From Candidatus Saccharicenans sp. (GTDB taxonomy: Bacteria > Acidobacteriota > Aminicenantia > Aminicenantales > Saccharicenantaceae): DNA of 64,000 nt. Location of the stretch: NCBI GenBank assembly GCA_049659625.1, contig JBASPX010000049.1, positions 12,060 through 76,059 on the forward strand. The letters are read 5' to 3'. Below, in pieces: positions 46,419-58,978 of this stretch. Position 1 is the first letter of the stretch, and each line of letters begins with the position of its first letter. The notes below the pieces were generated by a model. That model did not search any database. It saw nothing but the letters and a program-made list of their open reading frames with translations, and was not told the DNA's origin. A program made the translations under genes and the position numbers.

Positions 46419-47171
46419 GTGGACGGAGTCGATGCTGAATTTGAAAAATTAATCCAGCTCCAGGAGCTGGATAACGCCCTCAGGCAAAATACTGTCGAAC
46501 TATCTGACATCCCCCGCCTTATACAGGAACTGGAAAGGAAGATGCAGGCTGATTCCGAGCAGGTGGTGCGGGCTAAGGAAAAGCTAACCCAGAACCAGAA
46601 GAAGAGAAGAGAACTCGAAGCCGAGGTCAAAGATTTAAAAGCCCAGGTTTCCAAGTTTAAGAAACAGCTGAACGAAGTAAAGAACAACAAAGAATACACT
46701 GCCCTGCTAAAGGAAATTCAGGAAGCCCAGGATAAAATTGACCGGCTGGAAGAGGAAATCATCAAAGAACTTCTGGCCGCTGACGAGATTGAAGAAGAAA
46801 TACGACAGGCTACCCTCAATCAGAAAAATGAAGAACAGCACCTGCGCCAGGAAATCGAGGCTCTGCAGCAGAGAAAGCTGCGACTGGAGCAGGAAAAGAG
46901 CCTTCTTCTGAAGCAGAAGGAAGAGCTCCTGCCGACCATCCCCCGCGAGCAATTGCAACTATATCTCAGCATCGCCAGGAAAAGAGGCGGAATTGCCATT
47001 TCCCGGGTAACCGACGAGTTCTGTTCGATGTGTCAGGTGAGAATCAGACCCCAGATGCTGAACGAAATTCGCGACCGCTCAAAAATCCACCTGTGCGAAA
47101 GCTGTGGACGTATTCTGTACTTCGATCACTCAGAAGAATCAGCCGGCGAAACGGAAGACTCCTCACGGTAA
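46419..47171 (+). CDS. Coiled-coil protein with C-terminal C4 zinc ribbon (COG1579-type)
   Basis: 250 aa, long heptad-rich region, C-terminal CSMCQVRIRPQ...LCESCGRILY. Confidence 0.75.
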   Translation: MDGVDAEFEKLIQLQELDNALRQNTVELSDIPRLIQELERKMQADSEQVVRAKEKLTQNQKKRRELEAEVKDLKAQVSKFKKQLNEVKNNKEYTALLKEIQEAQDKIDRLEEEIIKELLAADEIEEEIRQATLNQKNEEQHLRQEIEALQQRKLRLEQEKSLLLKQKEELLPTIPREQLQLYLSIARKRGGIAISRVTDEFCSMCQVRIRPQMLNEIRDRSKIHLCESCGRILYFDHSEESAGETEDSSR

Positions 47172-48814
47172 AGACTTTCAATAAGTTCCCGGTAACGATT
47201 TTCCACCGTAGCTCTTCTTACTTTCAGGGTCGGAGTAATTTCTCCTTTCTCAATTTCCAGATCCCGGTCAAGCAGAGCTATCTTCTTTATTTTTTCGTAG
47301 GAAGCCAGGTTGCCAGTCAGCCGGTCGATTTCAGCCTGAACAAAGGCCACTATCTCGGGATTCCTAACAAGCTCCTGCCGGCTGGAGAAACTGATTCCCC
47401 GGCTGCGGGCAAGTTCCTCCAGCTTTTCGAAATTAGGCACCACCAGAGCGGAAATAAACCGCCTTCTGTCTCCTATAACCACTACCGTGCTTATGTAAGG
47501 TGATGTTTTCAGGAGGTTTTCAATCGGCTGAGGAGCCACATTTTTACCTCCGGAGGTAACGATCAGGTCTTTCTTTCGATCGTTTATAACTAGGAAACCG
47601 TCTTCATCAAGGTAGCCGATGTCGCCCGTATGGAACCAGCCACCTTCAAAAGCCTCGCGGGTAGCTTCTTCCTTTTTATAATAACCCTTCATCACATTCG
47701 GACCGCGGGCCAGAATTTCGCCATCAGGAGCGATTTTAATCTCCACCTCCGGAATCGGAGGCCCTACCGTTCCGAACTTAAGGGCGCCGGGACGATTAAC
47801 CGCCAGCACCGGCGCTGTTTCGGTTAAGCCATATCCCTCATAGATGACCAGGCCAAGGGCGTAGAAAAACTCGGCTATGTCTTTAGCCAGAGGAGCCCCT
47901 CCGGAAATGAAGAATCGCACCCTGCCACCGGTTCTTTCTATTATTTTGCTGAAAACCAGCCGGTGCGCGATCTTCCGCTTGAATCTTAGAATGGCTGGAA
48001 TCTTCTCACCGGCCAGGTCTTTCTGTGCGTATTTTCTTCCAATTTTGAGCGCCCAGAAAAAAATCTTCTTTTTCAGGGTCGAGCTGCTCAGAACGTTATC
48101 CATCACCCTGGCATATATCTTTTCAAAAACCCGGGGAACGCTGACCATGATGTGCGGTCTGACCTCGAGCAGATTCTGAGCCACTGTATCCACGCTCTCG
48201 GCAAAAGCCACCGTGGCACCGGCATACAGATAGGAAAACATAACCATGCGTTCGAGAACGTGCGAGAGCGGAAGGAATGACAGGACCGTATCCCGGTATG
48301 AAATATCAAACATGGCCACGCAGGTTTTCACGTTCGAAATGAAGTTGTGATGGGTGAGGATGACGCCTTTGGGTTCGCCGGTCGTCCCCGATGTGTAAAT
48401 GAGAGAGGCTTCGTCTTCCGGTTTTACCCCTTCAGCCAGCTCCCGGAAAAGTCCAGGCCTTTCGGCCTCAACCTGGCGACCTGTCTCCAGCAGGCGGTCA
48501 AAATTTAAGTAACCTGGAATCTCCCCTTCCTCGAAAGTGATATAGTGACGCACCTGAGTCAGGTTAGGCCTTATGCTTTCAATCTTCGCCCGCTGTTCCG
48601 CACTGGAGACGACCACCACCATTGCATCCGAATCTCTGATTATGTACTCCGCCTGAGGAGCCGTGAGAGAAGTGTAAATCGGAACTGTCAACCCGCCCTG
48701 ACAGATGGTGGCAAAATCCGTCATCACCCATTCGGGCCGGTTCTCCGAAAGGATGATTAACTTATCCCCTTTCCTGAAGCCAAGTTGATGCAGGGCAAGC
48801 GCCAGATGAACCAC
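47126..48814 (-). CDS. Long-chain acyl-CoA synthetase (AMP-forming), main part of a frameshift-split gene
   Basis: AMP-binding motif YTSGTTGEPKGVILTHHNF, plus GYGLTETAP and TGDIGYLDEDGFLVINDRKKDLI. It begins at an internal GTG directly after a homopolymer. Confidence 0.85.
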   Translation of the reverse strand: MVHLALALHQLGFRKGDKLIILSENRPEWVMTDFATICQGGLTVPIYTSLTAPQAEYIIRDSDAMVVVVSSAEQRAKIESIRPNLTQVRHYITFEEGEIPGYLNFDRLLETGRQVEAERPGLFRELAEGVKPEDEASLIYTSGTTGEPKGVILTHHNFISNVKTCVAMFDISYRDTVLSFLPLSHVLERMVMFSYLYAGATVAFAESVDTVAQNLLEVRPHIMVSVPRVFEKIYARVMDNVLSSSTLKKKIFFWALKIGRKYAQKDLAGEKIPAILRFKRKIAHRLVFSKIIERTGGRVRFFISGGAPLAKDIAEFFYALGLVIYEGYGLTETAPVLAVNRPGALKFGTVGPPIPEVEIKIAPDGEILARGPNVMKGYYKKEEATREAFEGGWFHTGDIGYLDEDGFLVINDRKKDLIVTSGGKNVAPQPIENLLKTSPYISTVVVIGDRRRFISALVVPNFEKLEELARSRGISFSSRQELVRNPEIVAFVQAEIDRLTGNLASYEKIKKIALLDRDLEIEKGEITPTLKVRRATVENRYRELIESLYREESSVSPADSSE

Positions 48815-48936
48815 TTTTTTTCAAACTCTTCTGTTGAAATCGGCACATACTTACCCTCTTTTTTGTAAAGCATCAGGTCAGGCTTCCGGTAAGAGCTGAC
48901 GGTGTTCAAAAAAAGCTGCGCTAAGGTTTCAACCAT
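48757..48936 (-). CDS. N-terminal fragment of the same acyl-CoA synthetase (other frame)
   Basis: MVETLAQLFLNTVSSYRKPDLMLYKKEGKYVPISTEEFEKK is a typical ligase N-terminus. ATG 48936 has SD GAGGAGGG. Adding one A to the A7 run (48815..48821) yields ...EEFEKKVVHLALALHQLGF. Confidence 0.7.
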   Translation of the reverse strand: MVETLAQLFLNTVSSYRKPDLMLYKKEGKYVPISTEEFEKKWFIWRLPCINLASGKGIS

Positions 48937-49017
48937 TCCTGCCCTCCTCAGAAAAATCAGGTAGATTTTAAGAAATAGCCCGCTTAAAATCAAACAGTAA
49001 ATTAAAGGGGGGCTGAC

Positions 49018-51645
49018 TCAGTCTTCCCTGACCTTGGCGATGGAGCAGACCCGGTCGTTATCCTCAAGCTGAATCAACCTGACTCCCTGAGTGGCCCGGC
49101 TGAGCGGTCTGATGTCGGTCGTCCTGATCCGGATGACCTTTCCGCTCACCGTGATGATCAGCAGGTCATCTTCATTAACACCGACCATGGCTAAAGCCGG
49201 GCCGATCTTGTCAGTAATTCTGAGGTTAATGACCCCCTGACCGCCCCGGCTATGGACAGGATAATCCTCGAGCGGTGTTTTCTTCCCGTAGCCCTTTTCG
49301 GATACGGTAAAGATATATTTGTCTTCCGGGCCGACAACGATCATGCTGATAACGCGGTCTTTCGGCTTCAGAGTAATCGCTTTTACGCCCGCTGCCTGAC
49401 GTCCCATCGGCCTGACCTGATTCTCCCTGAACCTGAGGGCCTTGCCCATCCTGGTGCCGATGATGATGTCATTCTTCCCGCTGGTCAGAGCGGCGGCAAA
49501 CAGCTGGGTGTTTGGCTTGAGATTCATGGCGATGATTCCGCCCCGCCGCACATTCTTAAACTCGCTCAACCTGGTTTTCTTTATCAGGCCGCTGTCGCTC
49601 ATGATGACCACATACTGATCATCACGGAATTCTTTCACCGCCAGAATGGACTGTACTTTCTCATCCGGCTGCATTTCCAGCAGGTTGGCGATCGATTTTC
49701 CCCTTCCTGACGGGCCGGCCTCGGGAACATCCAGAGCCTTCAGCCAGTACATCCGGCCCCTATTGGTGAAAACCAGAAGATAGGAATGGGTCGAACCGAT
49801 AAACAGGTTCTCGACCACATCTTCCGCCTTCATCTCTATGCCCTTGCGTCCTTTGCCACCCCGGCTCTGGTAGCGGTAAACGCTGAGCGGTGTGCGCTTG
49901 ATATAGCCGGACCTGGTGAAGACAATGGCCACATCTTCTTCCTTAATCAAGTCTTCGGCTTTGATTTCGGTGATGACCTCGTCCCTGATTTCGGTACGTC
50001 TTTCATCCTGGTATTCTTCTTTAATCTGTTTCAGTTCCTCCTTGATTATCTGAAGGACCATTTCCGGATTATTCATAATAAGCTTCAGTTTCTTGATCAG
50101 GGCCAGCAGATCCCGGTGTTCCTGAACGATCTTCTGCCTTTCCAGCCCGGTCAATCTCTGAAGTTGCATTTCCAGAATGGCCTGCGCCTGGATGGCCGTA
50201 AGCTTGAACTTGCTCATCAGGCCGTTTTTAGCTTCTTCCACTGTTTTGGATGCTCTGATCAGAGCGATTACCGCATCCAGGTAATCAAGAGCTATCAGCA
50301 AACCCTCCAGCACATGCGCCCGGTGTTCGGCTTTTTTCAGGTCGTGCCTCGTCCGGCGGAAGATGACTTCCCGGCGGTGGGCGATGAAGTGGTTCATCAT
50401 GTCCAGCAGGTTCAGGAGTTTTGGTTGCTTGTCAACTATGGCCAGCATGATGATGCCGAATGATGTCTGAAGCGCTGTATGCTTGTACAGGTTGTTCAGG
50501 ATGATTTCCGGAAGCTCGCCTTTTTTGACCTCTATTACCACCCGGATGCCCTCGCGGCTGGACTCATCTCGGATATCGGCAATACCTTCTATTTTCTTGT
50601 TGTTCACCAGATCGGCGATATTTTCCAGCAACCGGGCTTTGTTCACACCATAAGGAATCTCCACTATAACGATTCTGTCCCTTTCTCCCTTATCACCACG
50701 CTCGATGATCGTCTTGGCCCTGAGATGGATAACGCCCTTGCCTTCCTGATAGGCCTGACGGATAGCCTGACGGTTAAAGACATAGCCACCGGTAGGAAAA
50801 TCCGGACCTGGAATGAATTTCATAATTTCGTCCAGAGAGGCCTGGGGATGGTCGATCAGATAAATCAGGCCATCGCAAACTTCTCCCAGATTGTGCGGGG
50901 GAATGTTGGTGGCCATGCCCACGGCTATGCCGGAAGCTCCGTTCACCAGCAGGTTGGGAAATTTCGCCGGCAGCACCTCCGGCATCAACAAACTTTCGTC
51001 GTAATTGGGAACGAAGTCAACGGTATCTTTCTCTATATCCGCCAGCAACTCTTCCGCCAGCCGGGTCATCCGGACTTCGGTATAACGCATGGCGGCCGGC
51101 GGGTCGCCATCTATAGACCCGAAATTACCCTGGCCGTCCACCAGCGGATAGCGGAGGCTGAAATCCTGAGCCATCCGGACCAGCGCGTCGTAAACGGCCA
51201 TGTCGCCGTGCGGATGGTACTTACCGATGACGTCACCCACTATCCTGGCCGATTTCTTATATGGCTTGTTGTGGGTGGTACCGGTTTCCCACATGGCGTA
51301 CAGCACACGTCTCTGAACCGGTTTAAGACCGTCCTTGATATCCGGGATGGCCCGCCCGATAATCACGCTCAGAGCATAATCCAGGTAGGACTTTTTCATC
51401 TCCTCTTCCAGGCTGACCACAGAAACGCTCTGAGCCACAGGCATCAGCTGGGTGGTTTTTTCCTTGGCGGGTTTACGGGTTTCAGCCTGATTTTCTTCAG
51501 GTCTGGAGGAAGGTTTTTCGGGCACAACCTGCTTCTTTTCAAGTTTTTCTTCTTTCGCCCTTTTAATTTCCTTTTCCTGTTCCTTAGCTTTTTCTTTTTT
51601 TACCTGACTCTTTTCCTTTTTTTCTTTTTTCCCTTTTCCAGCCAT
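49018..51645 (-). CDS. gyrA: DNA gyrase subunit A with a ~67-aa Lys/Glu-rich N-terminal extension
   Basis: 875 aa. [39 protein letters not shown], active-site [11 protein letters not shown]-terminal beta-pinwheel repeats. Starts 34 nt after the gyrB stop with SD-like GGAAAGG. Confidence 0.95.
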   Translation of the reverse strand: MAGKGKKEKKEKSQVKKEKAKEQEKEIKRAKEEKLEKKQVVPEKPSSRPEENQAETRKPAKEKTTQLMPVAQSVSVVSLEEEMKKSYLDYALSVIIGRAIPDIKDGLKPVQRRVLYAMWETGTTHNKPYKKSARIVGDVIGKYHPHGDMAVYDALVRMAQDFSLRYPLVDGQGNFGSIDGDPPAAMRYTEVRMTRLAEELLADIEKDTVDFVPNYDESLLMPEVLPAKFPNLLVNGASGIAVGMATNIPPHNLGEVCDGLIYLIDHPQASLDEIMKFIPGPDFPTGGYVFNRQAIRQAYQEGKGVIHLRAKTIIERGDKGERDRIVIVEIPYGVNKARLLENIADLVNNKKIEGIADIRDESSREGIRVVIEVKKGELPEIILNNLYKHTALQTSFGIIMLAIVDKQPKLLNLLDMMNHFIAHRREVIFRRTRHDLKKAEHRAHVLEGLLIALDYLDAVIALIRASKTVEEAKNGLMSKFKLTAIQAQAILEMQLQRLTGLERQKIVQEHRDLLALIKKLKLIMNNPEMVLQIIKEELKQIKEEYQDERRTEIRDEVITEIKAEDLIKEEDVAIVFTRSGYIKRTPLSVYRYQSRGGKGRKGIEMKAEDVVENLFIGSTHSYLLVFTNRGRMYWLKALDVPEAGPSGRGKSIANLLEMQPDEKVQSILAVKEFRDDQYVVIMSDSGLIKKTRLSEFKNVRRGGIIAMNLKPNTQLFAAALTSGKNDIIIGTRMGKALRFRENQVRPMGRQAAGVKAITLKPKDRVISMIVVGPEDKYIFTVSEKGYGKKTPLEDYPVHSRGGQGVINLRITDKIGPALAMVGVNEDDLLIITVSGKVIRIRTTDIRPLSRATQGVRLIQLEDNDRVCSIAKVRED

Positions 51646-51679
51646 CAGGCAAACCTTTCCTGGATATTATCAAGCTGCC

Positions 51680-54097
<2,418 letters not shown>

Positions 54098-54206
54098 TTA
54101 CAGGATGAAGATTTACCGCATAACCCTGATGTCATTTTCAGGGTTAATTATAGCTTAATTCACTCTAAAAGTAAAGAAAAAATTTGCCTTAAAGGCACTC
54201 CGGCAC

Positions 54207-54229
54207 TGATTATAAATTGTTTATAATCA
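54207..54229. promoter_or_regulatory. Perfect 10-3-10 palindrome TGATTATAAA-ttg-TTTATAATCA in the gyrB / GTPase divergent intergenic region (candidate operator)
   Basis: Read directly from the sequence. It lies about 130 nt upstream of the gyrB ATG (54076) and about 155 nt upstream of the + strand GTPase gene. Confidence 0.4.
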
Positions 54230-54384
54230 ATAAGATATAAAAATTCCGCATTCTTCCCCGGGACAGACTGCCCTTCTCGGACAAAACCTCGTTTATTTTA
54301 CCATCAGAAAAGAGAAGGTTGTCACAGTTTCAGCTTAAAATTTGACTTATTCTGGGTTAGAATATTGACTGGCCGGAGGAAAAA

Positions 54385-55374
54385 ATGCCTGCGAACCTTC
54401 CGCCCGAATATTACGAGGTGGAAAAGACCCTGCGCCAGGCGCGAAGCCCGGAAGAAAAAATCGCCATAATGGAAAAGCTCCTCTCGATCATCCCCCGGCA
54501 TAAAGGCACCGAGAAGCTGGTAGCCCTCTACCGTTCGAAAATAGCCAAACTGAAGGAAGAAATCGAAAGGCGACCGGCCGCCAGGAAGGTTCAGCTTTTC
54601 AGAATCGAAAAATCAGGAGCCGGTCAGGTAATCGTCATAGGACCTCCTAATTCAGGAAAATCATCCCTTATCCGGGCACTGACCGGGGTCGAGGTGGAAG
54701 TGGCTGATTTTCCCTTTACCACCAGAATCGCCGCTCCGTACATGATGCCCTTCGAAAACATTAAAATTCAACTTATCGACACCCCGCCGATCACCGTCGA
54801 TTTTCTGGAATCCTGGCTGGTGGAGATGATCAAGATGGCCGAAGCTGTCCTTCTGGTTCTGGACGCCAGCAGTCCTGATTCGTCATCCGGGCTGGAGGTA
54901 ATATTGAACCGGCTGAAAGAGAGAAAAGTTGAACTGGTGCCGGAAAACGTTTCCATACCGCCAGACAGATTTCCTTTTTTGAAAAGGTCACTGCTGGTGC
55001 TGAACAAAATCGACCTGAGAGAAGCTTCTGAACTACAGGAAGAACTGGAGATTCTCTTCAACCAGCTTCCGGAAAAAATTGCCGTTTCCTCCCTGAACGG
55101 AGCCGGAATAGAAGAACTGAGGCTAAAGATTTTCCATCTTCTCCAGATTGTCAGAGTTTACAGCAAGGCGCCCGGCAAGAAACCCGACCTGGAATCCCCG
55201 TTCATCCTGAAAAAAGGCAGCACCATTCTCGACCTGGCCCGGGTGATTCACAAGGATTTCGCCGAAAAACTCAATTACGCCCGTGTCTGGAACAAACAGG
55301 GGACGATCTCCGGTCTGCGGGTAACGCGGGACTATGTGCTCCAGGATGAAGACACGGTGGAGCTGCACATCTAA
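54385..55374 (+). CDS. DRG/Rbg-like (COG1163-type) GTPase with C-terminal TGS domain
   Basis: 329 aa. G1 GPPNSGKS, G2 region FPFTT, G4 NKID. TGS-like C-terminus VYSKAPGKKPD...PFILKKGSTILDLARVIHKDF...VELH. N-terminal helical region with HKGTEKLVALYRSKIAKLKEE, as in DRG proteins. Confidence 0.8.
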   Translation: MPANLPPEYYEVEKTLRQARSPEEKIAIMEKLLSIIPRHKGTEKLVALYRSKIAKLKEEIERRPAARKVQLFRIEKSGAGQVIVIGPPNSGKSSLIRALTGVEVEVADFPFTTRIAAPYMMPFENIKIQLIDTPPITVDFLESWLVEMIKMAEAVLLVLDASSPDSSSGLEVILNRLKERKVELVPENVSIPPDRFPFLKRSLLVLNKIDLREASELQEELEILFNQLPEKIAVSSLNGAGIEELRLKIFHLLQIVRVYSKAPGKKPDLESPFILKKGSTILDLARVIHKDFAEKLNYARVWNKQGTISGLRVTRDYVLQDEDTVELHI

Positions 55375-55506
55375 CCCCGGCCGGAGTTTCCTGCAATCAG
55401 AAACAGCTGATGGATGCGTTTAATAAGCTCAATTTCTTGAAAAACTCTGTGGCCTGAGCTCCAGAGCGTCACCTTACCGCTTGCTGGCGAAAATACCAGC
55501 CATGCC

Positions 55507-57051
55507 TCACTTTAATTTTTCAGCCGGGAGGTTCGCCAGCTCCATCAACGCTAAGAACATCAGCCGGGTCATATCCTCAAGAATTTCCGGATTTATCAGG
55601 TTAATATTGTCGCGAGTGTTATGGTAAGTCGGATAAGGAACAACCAGCCCGGAAGTGGAAAAGGAAAGCGTGGGCACATTCACGTCCATAAAACGGGCGG
55701 CATCAAGCCTGGGGCGGGTCAGGTTAGCCCAGAAATTTGTACCCATCTCCCGATGTATGTAAGTTGAGTTAGTCTTCTCAAAGGGAGCATACAACCAGGG
55801 AAAGTTCCTGCCTGCCAGAGCAAAAATCCTTTCTCCCGTGCCGACCCCATCCATATTGATAAAGGCTACAGTTTTCTCAAGAGGGAAAACCGGGTTCCGC
55901 ACATAATATTCAGAGCCCTTCACCCCCTGTTCCTCCGCCCCGAAAAAGGCCAGCAGTATGGTTCTCTTCGGCTTCACCTCGCATTTCTTAATGGCTTCAG
56001 CCAGACCCAGCATCACAGCCACAGCAGAAGCATTATCGTTGGCTCCGGGCATCAGATCAGGAAAGAGTCCCAGATGGTCAAGATGGCCGCCGACGATGAT
56101 TATTTCATCTTTCAGGTCCGGGTTAGAACCGGTGATTTTTCCCAGAACGTTATAACCAATTCCTTCCGGATGATGCTCGGTCTTATTCCTGATGGTAAAT
56201 ATTTTCCCGGTGGCGAAAGATTGGGGCTTAAGGCCGGTTCTTATCTTTTCGACTGTTTCCTGATAAGTTCTTCCGGTGCCAGCAAAGATATCATCAACCA
56301 CAGTCCGACCCACATGGCTGTAAACGAACCCTTTGATGAAATCATTGTTCGGATTGCAGATCGGGCCGTAATAATAAAGCATTCCTTTAGCCCCGTGGGC
56401 GGCAGCATTCTGCAACTTGTACTGGTGGAATGAATACGGTCTCCATTTTTTGAAGGTCTCCGGATCCTTCTCCGGGCTCAGCGGCACCTCATTCTCCATC
56501 AGGACAATTTTTCCCCTGACATCAACCCCCTTATAATCATCATACCCGAGCTCGGGAGCGGTGATGCCATAACCGACGTAAACCACTTCAGCCGTGACCT
56601 CACCAGAATCAGAAGTGCCTCCCGGAAAATATTCATCCTCATACCGATAATACTTTTTTACGACAGCCGCGAGGCGGGAACCAGCCTTACCCACAGTCAG
56701 GTGCATCGAAACCTCTCCCCTGTCGAGAATCAGAGTGTATGGATTGGGAAAAGCCTGAAGATAACTTCCATGGTCACCGGCCGGTTCCACTCCCCATTCT
56801 TTCAGTCTTGAGATCACCCAGTCTGCGGCCAGGTTATATCCGGGTGTTCCGGTCAGGCGTCCGGCATATTTTTCTGAGGTCAACTCGCGCACGTATTCAA
56901 TCAGCGTGTTGCTGGATATTTTATGGAAAACACGAAGGAGCTTCTGGCTTTCTTCCGTCTGAGCCGTCTGTGCTGAAAGCGGAAGACAGACTGACAGGAT
57001 TAAAATAACGGAAAAAAGCGCAGCCGCCAGTCTTTTCAGTCTGATTTTCAT
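55507..57051 (-). CDS. M28 family metallo-aminopeptidase with PA domain, secreted
   Basis: 514 aa, signal peptide. Zinc-ligand contexts GGHLDHLG, GANDNASAVAV, FGAEEQG, INMDGVG. Confidence 0.8.
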   Translation of the reverse strand: MKIRLKRLAAALFSVILILSVCLPLSAQTAQTEESQKLLRVFHKISSNTLIEYVRELTSEKYAGRLTGTPGYNLAADWVISRLKEWGVEPAGDHGSYLQAFPNPYTLILDRGEVSMHLTVGKAGSRLAAVVKKYYRYEDEYFPGGTSDSGEVTAEVVYVGYGITAPELGYDDYKGVDVRGKIVLMENEVPLSPEKDPETFKKWRPYSFHQYKLQNAAAHGAKGMLYYYGPICNPNNDFIKGFVYSHVGRTVVDDIFAGTGRTYQETVEKIRTGLKPQSFATGKIFTIRNKTEHHPEGIGYNVLGKITGSNPDLKDEIIIVGGHLDHLGLFPDLMPGANDNASAVAVMLGLAEAIKKCEVKPKRTILLAFFGAEEQGVKGSEYYVRNPVFPLEKTVAFINMDGVGTGERIFALAGRNFPWLYAPFEKTNSTYIHREMGTNFWANLTRPRLDAARFMDVNVPTLSFSTSGLVVPYPTYHNTRDNINLINPEILEDMTRLMFLALMELANLPAEKLK

Positions 57052-57172
57052 CTTATCCTCCTGGTTATCCGGAATCAGATTAATAAGTTTAACTCACGAT
57101 AAATTCAAATCAAAGAAAATTTTCATTCCTGAATGTCAGCAGCTCAATTTTTTCAGATGGACGGGAACAACC

Positions 57173-58009
57173 TTAAATTCTTAGAGAAAGCCCTCCACGG
57201 AAAAGGAACCCATCAAAGAACCCGGCATCAAGCACGAGATTGAGAGACCTGCTCAGCCTGGCTCTTAAACCGAGATTCATCTGGAATACAGGCAGGAACT
57301 TCAGCGGAAAATCCTTGCCCTCAGCCAGACGCTCATCCCGGATCTGTCTCAGGGTTTTAGTTTCAGAATCAGAATATTGCTCGGTCGAGCTATCGGGCAG
57401 GGTAAGCGTTCCCTGGTATTCATACCGGTAACTGGCATCAAAAAAGCTCTTCGAAGTGGATATGCCAGCACCGATGGTAAAATAGGGCGAGATAAATTTT
57501 GAAGGGAGAAATTCCCAGCGCATGTTCAGGTGAAAGCTCAAAGGTTTGATGATAAATTCGCCGCTGGCCTGACCATTAAAGGTGGCCGGAAGACCGGTGG
57601 ATGTATCGGTCATCTCCAGTCGAGCAGAAACTTCAGGGAACGAAACCTTCATGGTGCTCTGCTCGATAGCCAGCCCCAGGCTGAAAGCCCCGCCTCTTCC
57701 GCCAGGATAAAATCTCAACTCTATGCCCGCATTGTGTCCGGGTGCGTCAAAGCGAACCTGTTGATTGTAACCGCTCTCGACGAATTCCGGATGTTCTTCC
57801 TGGATTTTTTCCACAAACCGATCTTTTAAATCATTCTCCAGAGCATCGCTGACCATATTTTCTACCAGTCCGCGAATGAGGTTGAGGGTCCAGCGCGAAT
57901 AATGAACGTTTATCTCGATATGGCCATCCGCCCGGAGCAACGGCGACAGTAAAAGAAACAGGGTCAGTCCGAATAACCATCCTGAGGCTTTTCTTGAGTT
58001 TTTTATCAT
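57173..58009 (-). CDS. Hypothetical secreted/outer-membrane-like protein
   Basis: I prefer ATG 58009 (SD GAAGGAGG), giving MIKNSRKASGWLFGLTLFLLLSPLLRADG (signal peptide). It is rich in beta-strand-like alternating segments. No family recognised. Confidence 0.5.
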   Translation of the reverse strand: MIKNSRKASGWLFGLTLFLLLSPLLRADGHIEINVHYSRWTLNLIRGLVENMVSDALENDLKDRFVEKIQEEHPEFVESGYNQQVRFDAPGHNAGIELRFYPGGRGGAFSLGLAIEQSTMKVSFPEVSARLEMTDTSTGLPATFNGQASGEFIIKPLSFHLNMRWEFLPSKFISPYFTIGAGISTSKSFFDASYRYEYQGTLTLPDSSTEQYSDSETKTLRQIRDERLAEGKDFPLKFLPVFQMNLGLRARLSRSLNLVLDAGFFDGFLFRGGLSLRI

Positions 58010-58348
58010 ATGGGTTTGCCTCCTTCTTTTTTTTATTCTATTCCAGATTGATAAGCTCAAGTCAAGCTCCGAACAGCAGCAGGACAGATTTTCCTTCTTC
58101 CCATGCGGCAAGATGAAAGGTCCGGAAAGGAGCAGCATCTTTTATGTATCATCTCACCATCCGGCTCAAACATTAATAAATCCAGTTAAGGCGGGGGTCA
58201 GAAAATAAATTATATGCCTGAAAAAGCCGGCTCCGCCCGCCTGACCGGCGGTGCCATTAATAGATAAACCGGGCACGGGCCTTGACTGATTTTATTTGAT
58301 TATCAAATCCACATCTGGTATTGTAGTTGTCTGTTCTGGAGGTTAATT

Positions 58349-58921
58349 ATGAATAAAAATTTACTGATTTTTCTTAGCTTTCTCCTGATCGTTTCCGTCG
58401 GCACGATGTCAGCTGCCAATCCCCGGGTTCTGATGAAAACCAGCAAGGGCGACATTGTCATCGAGTTGTTTCCAGACAGAGCCCCCATAACAGTTAAAAA
58501 TTTCCTGACTTACGTGGACGAGAAATTCTACGACGGGACCATCTTTCATCGGGTGATAAAGGGGTTCATGATTCAGGGCGGCGGACTTACTCCTGACATG
58601 ATGACGAAAAAACCCACGCACCCGCCGATCAAGAATGAAGCTAATAACGGTCTGAAAAATTTGCGGGGTACGATCGCCATGGCCAGAACGGCAGAAATCG
58701 ACAGCGCCACCTGCCAGTTCTTCATAAACCTGGTGGACAATCCTTTCCTGGACCATGTTCCCGGCGACCCCAACAAATTCGGATATGCGGTTTTCGGGAA
58801 AGTGGTTCAGGGGATGGAAGTGGTGGAGGCCATAGCTGAAGTGCCCACCAGGGTCCGCGGCATCCACCGCGATGTGCCGGTCGAGCCTGTTATCATAATC
58901 TCGGTGACCAGAATCCAGTAA
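58349..58921 (+). CDS. ppiA: Cyclophilin-type peptidyl-prolyl cis-trans isomerase with signal peptide
   Basis: 190 aa. [43 protein letters not shown]. Confidence 0.9.
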   Translation: MNKNLLIFLSFLLIVSVGTMSAANPRVLMKTSKGDIVIELFPDRAPITVKNFLTYVDEKFYDGTIFHRVIKGFMIQGGGLTPDMMTKKPTHPPIKNEANNGLKNLRGTIAMARTAEIDSATCQFFINLVDNPFLDHVPGDPNKFGYAVFGKVVQGMEVVEAIAEVPTRVRGIHRDVPVEPVIIISVTRIQ

Positions 58922-58978
58922 TTATCTAAAGCAATTTGCTGCCAGCGAAATAGCTGACAGTCAGAATAAAGGCCTCTG

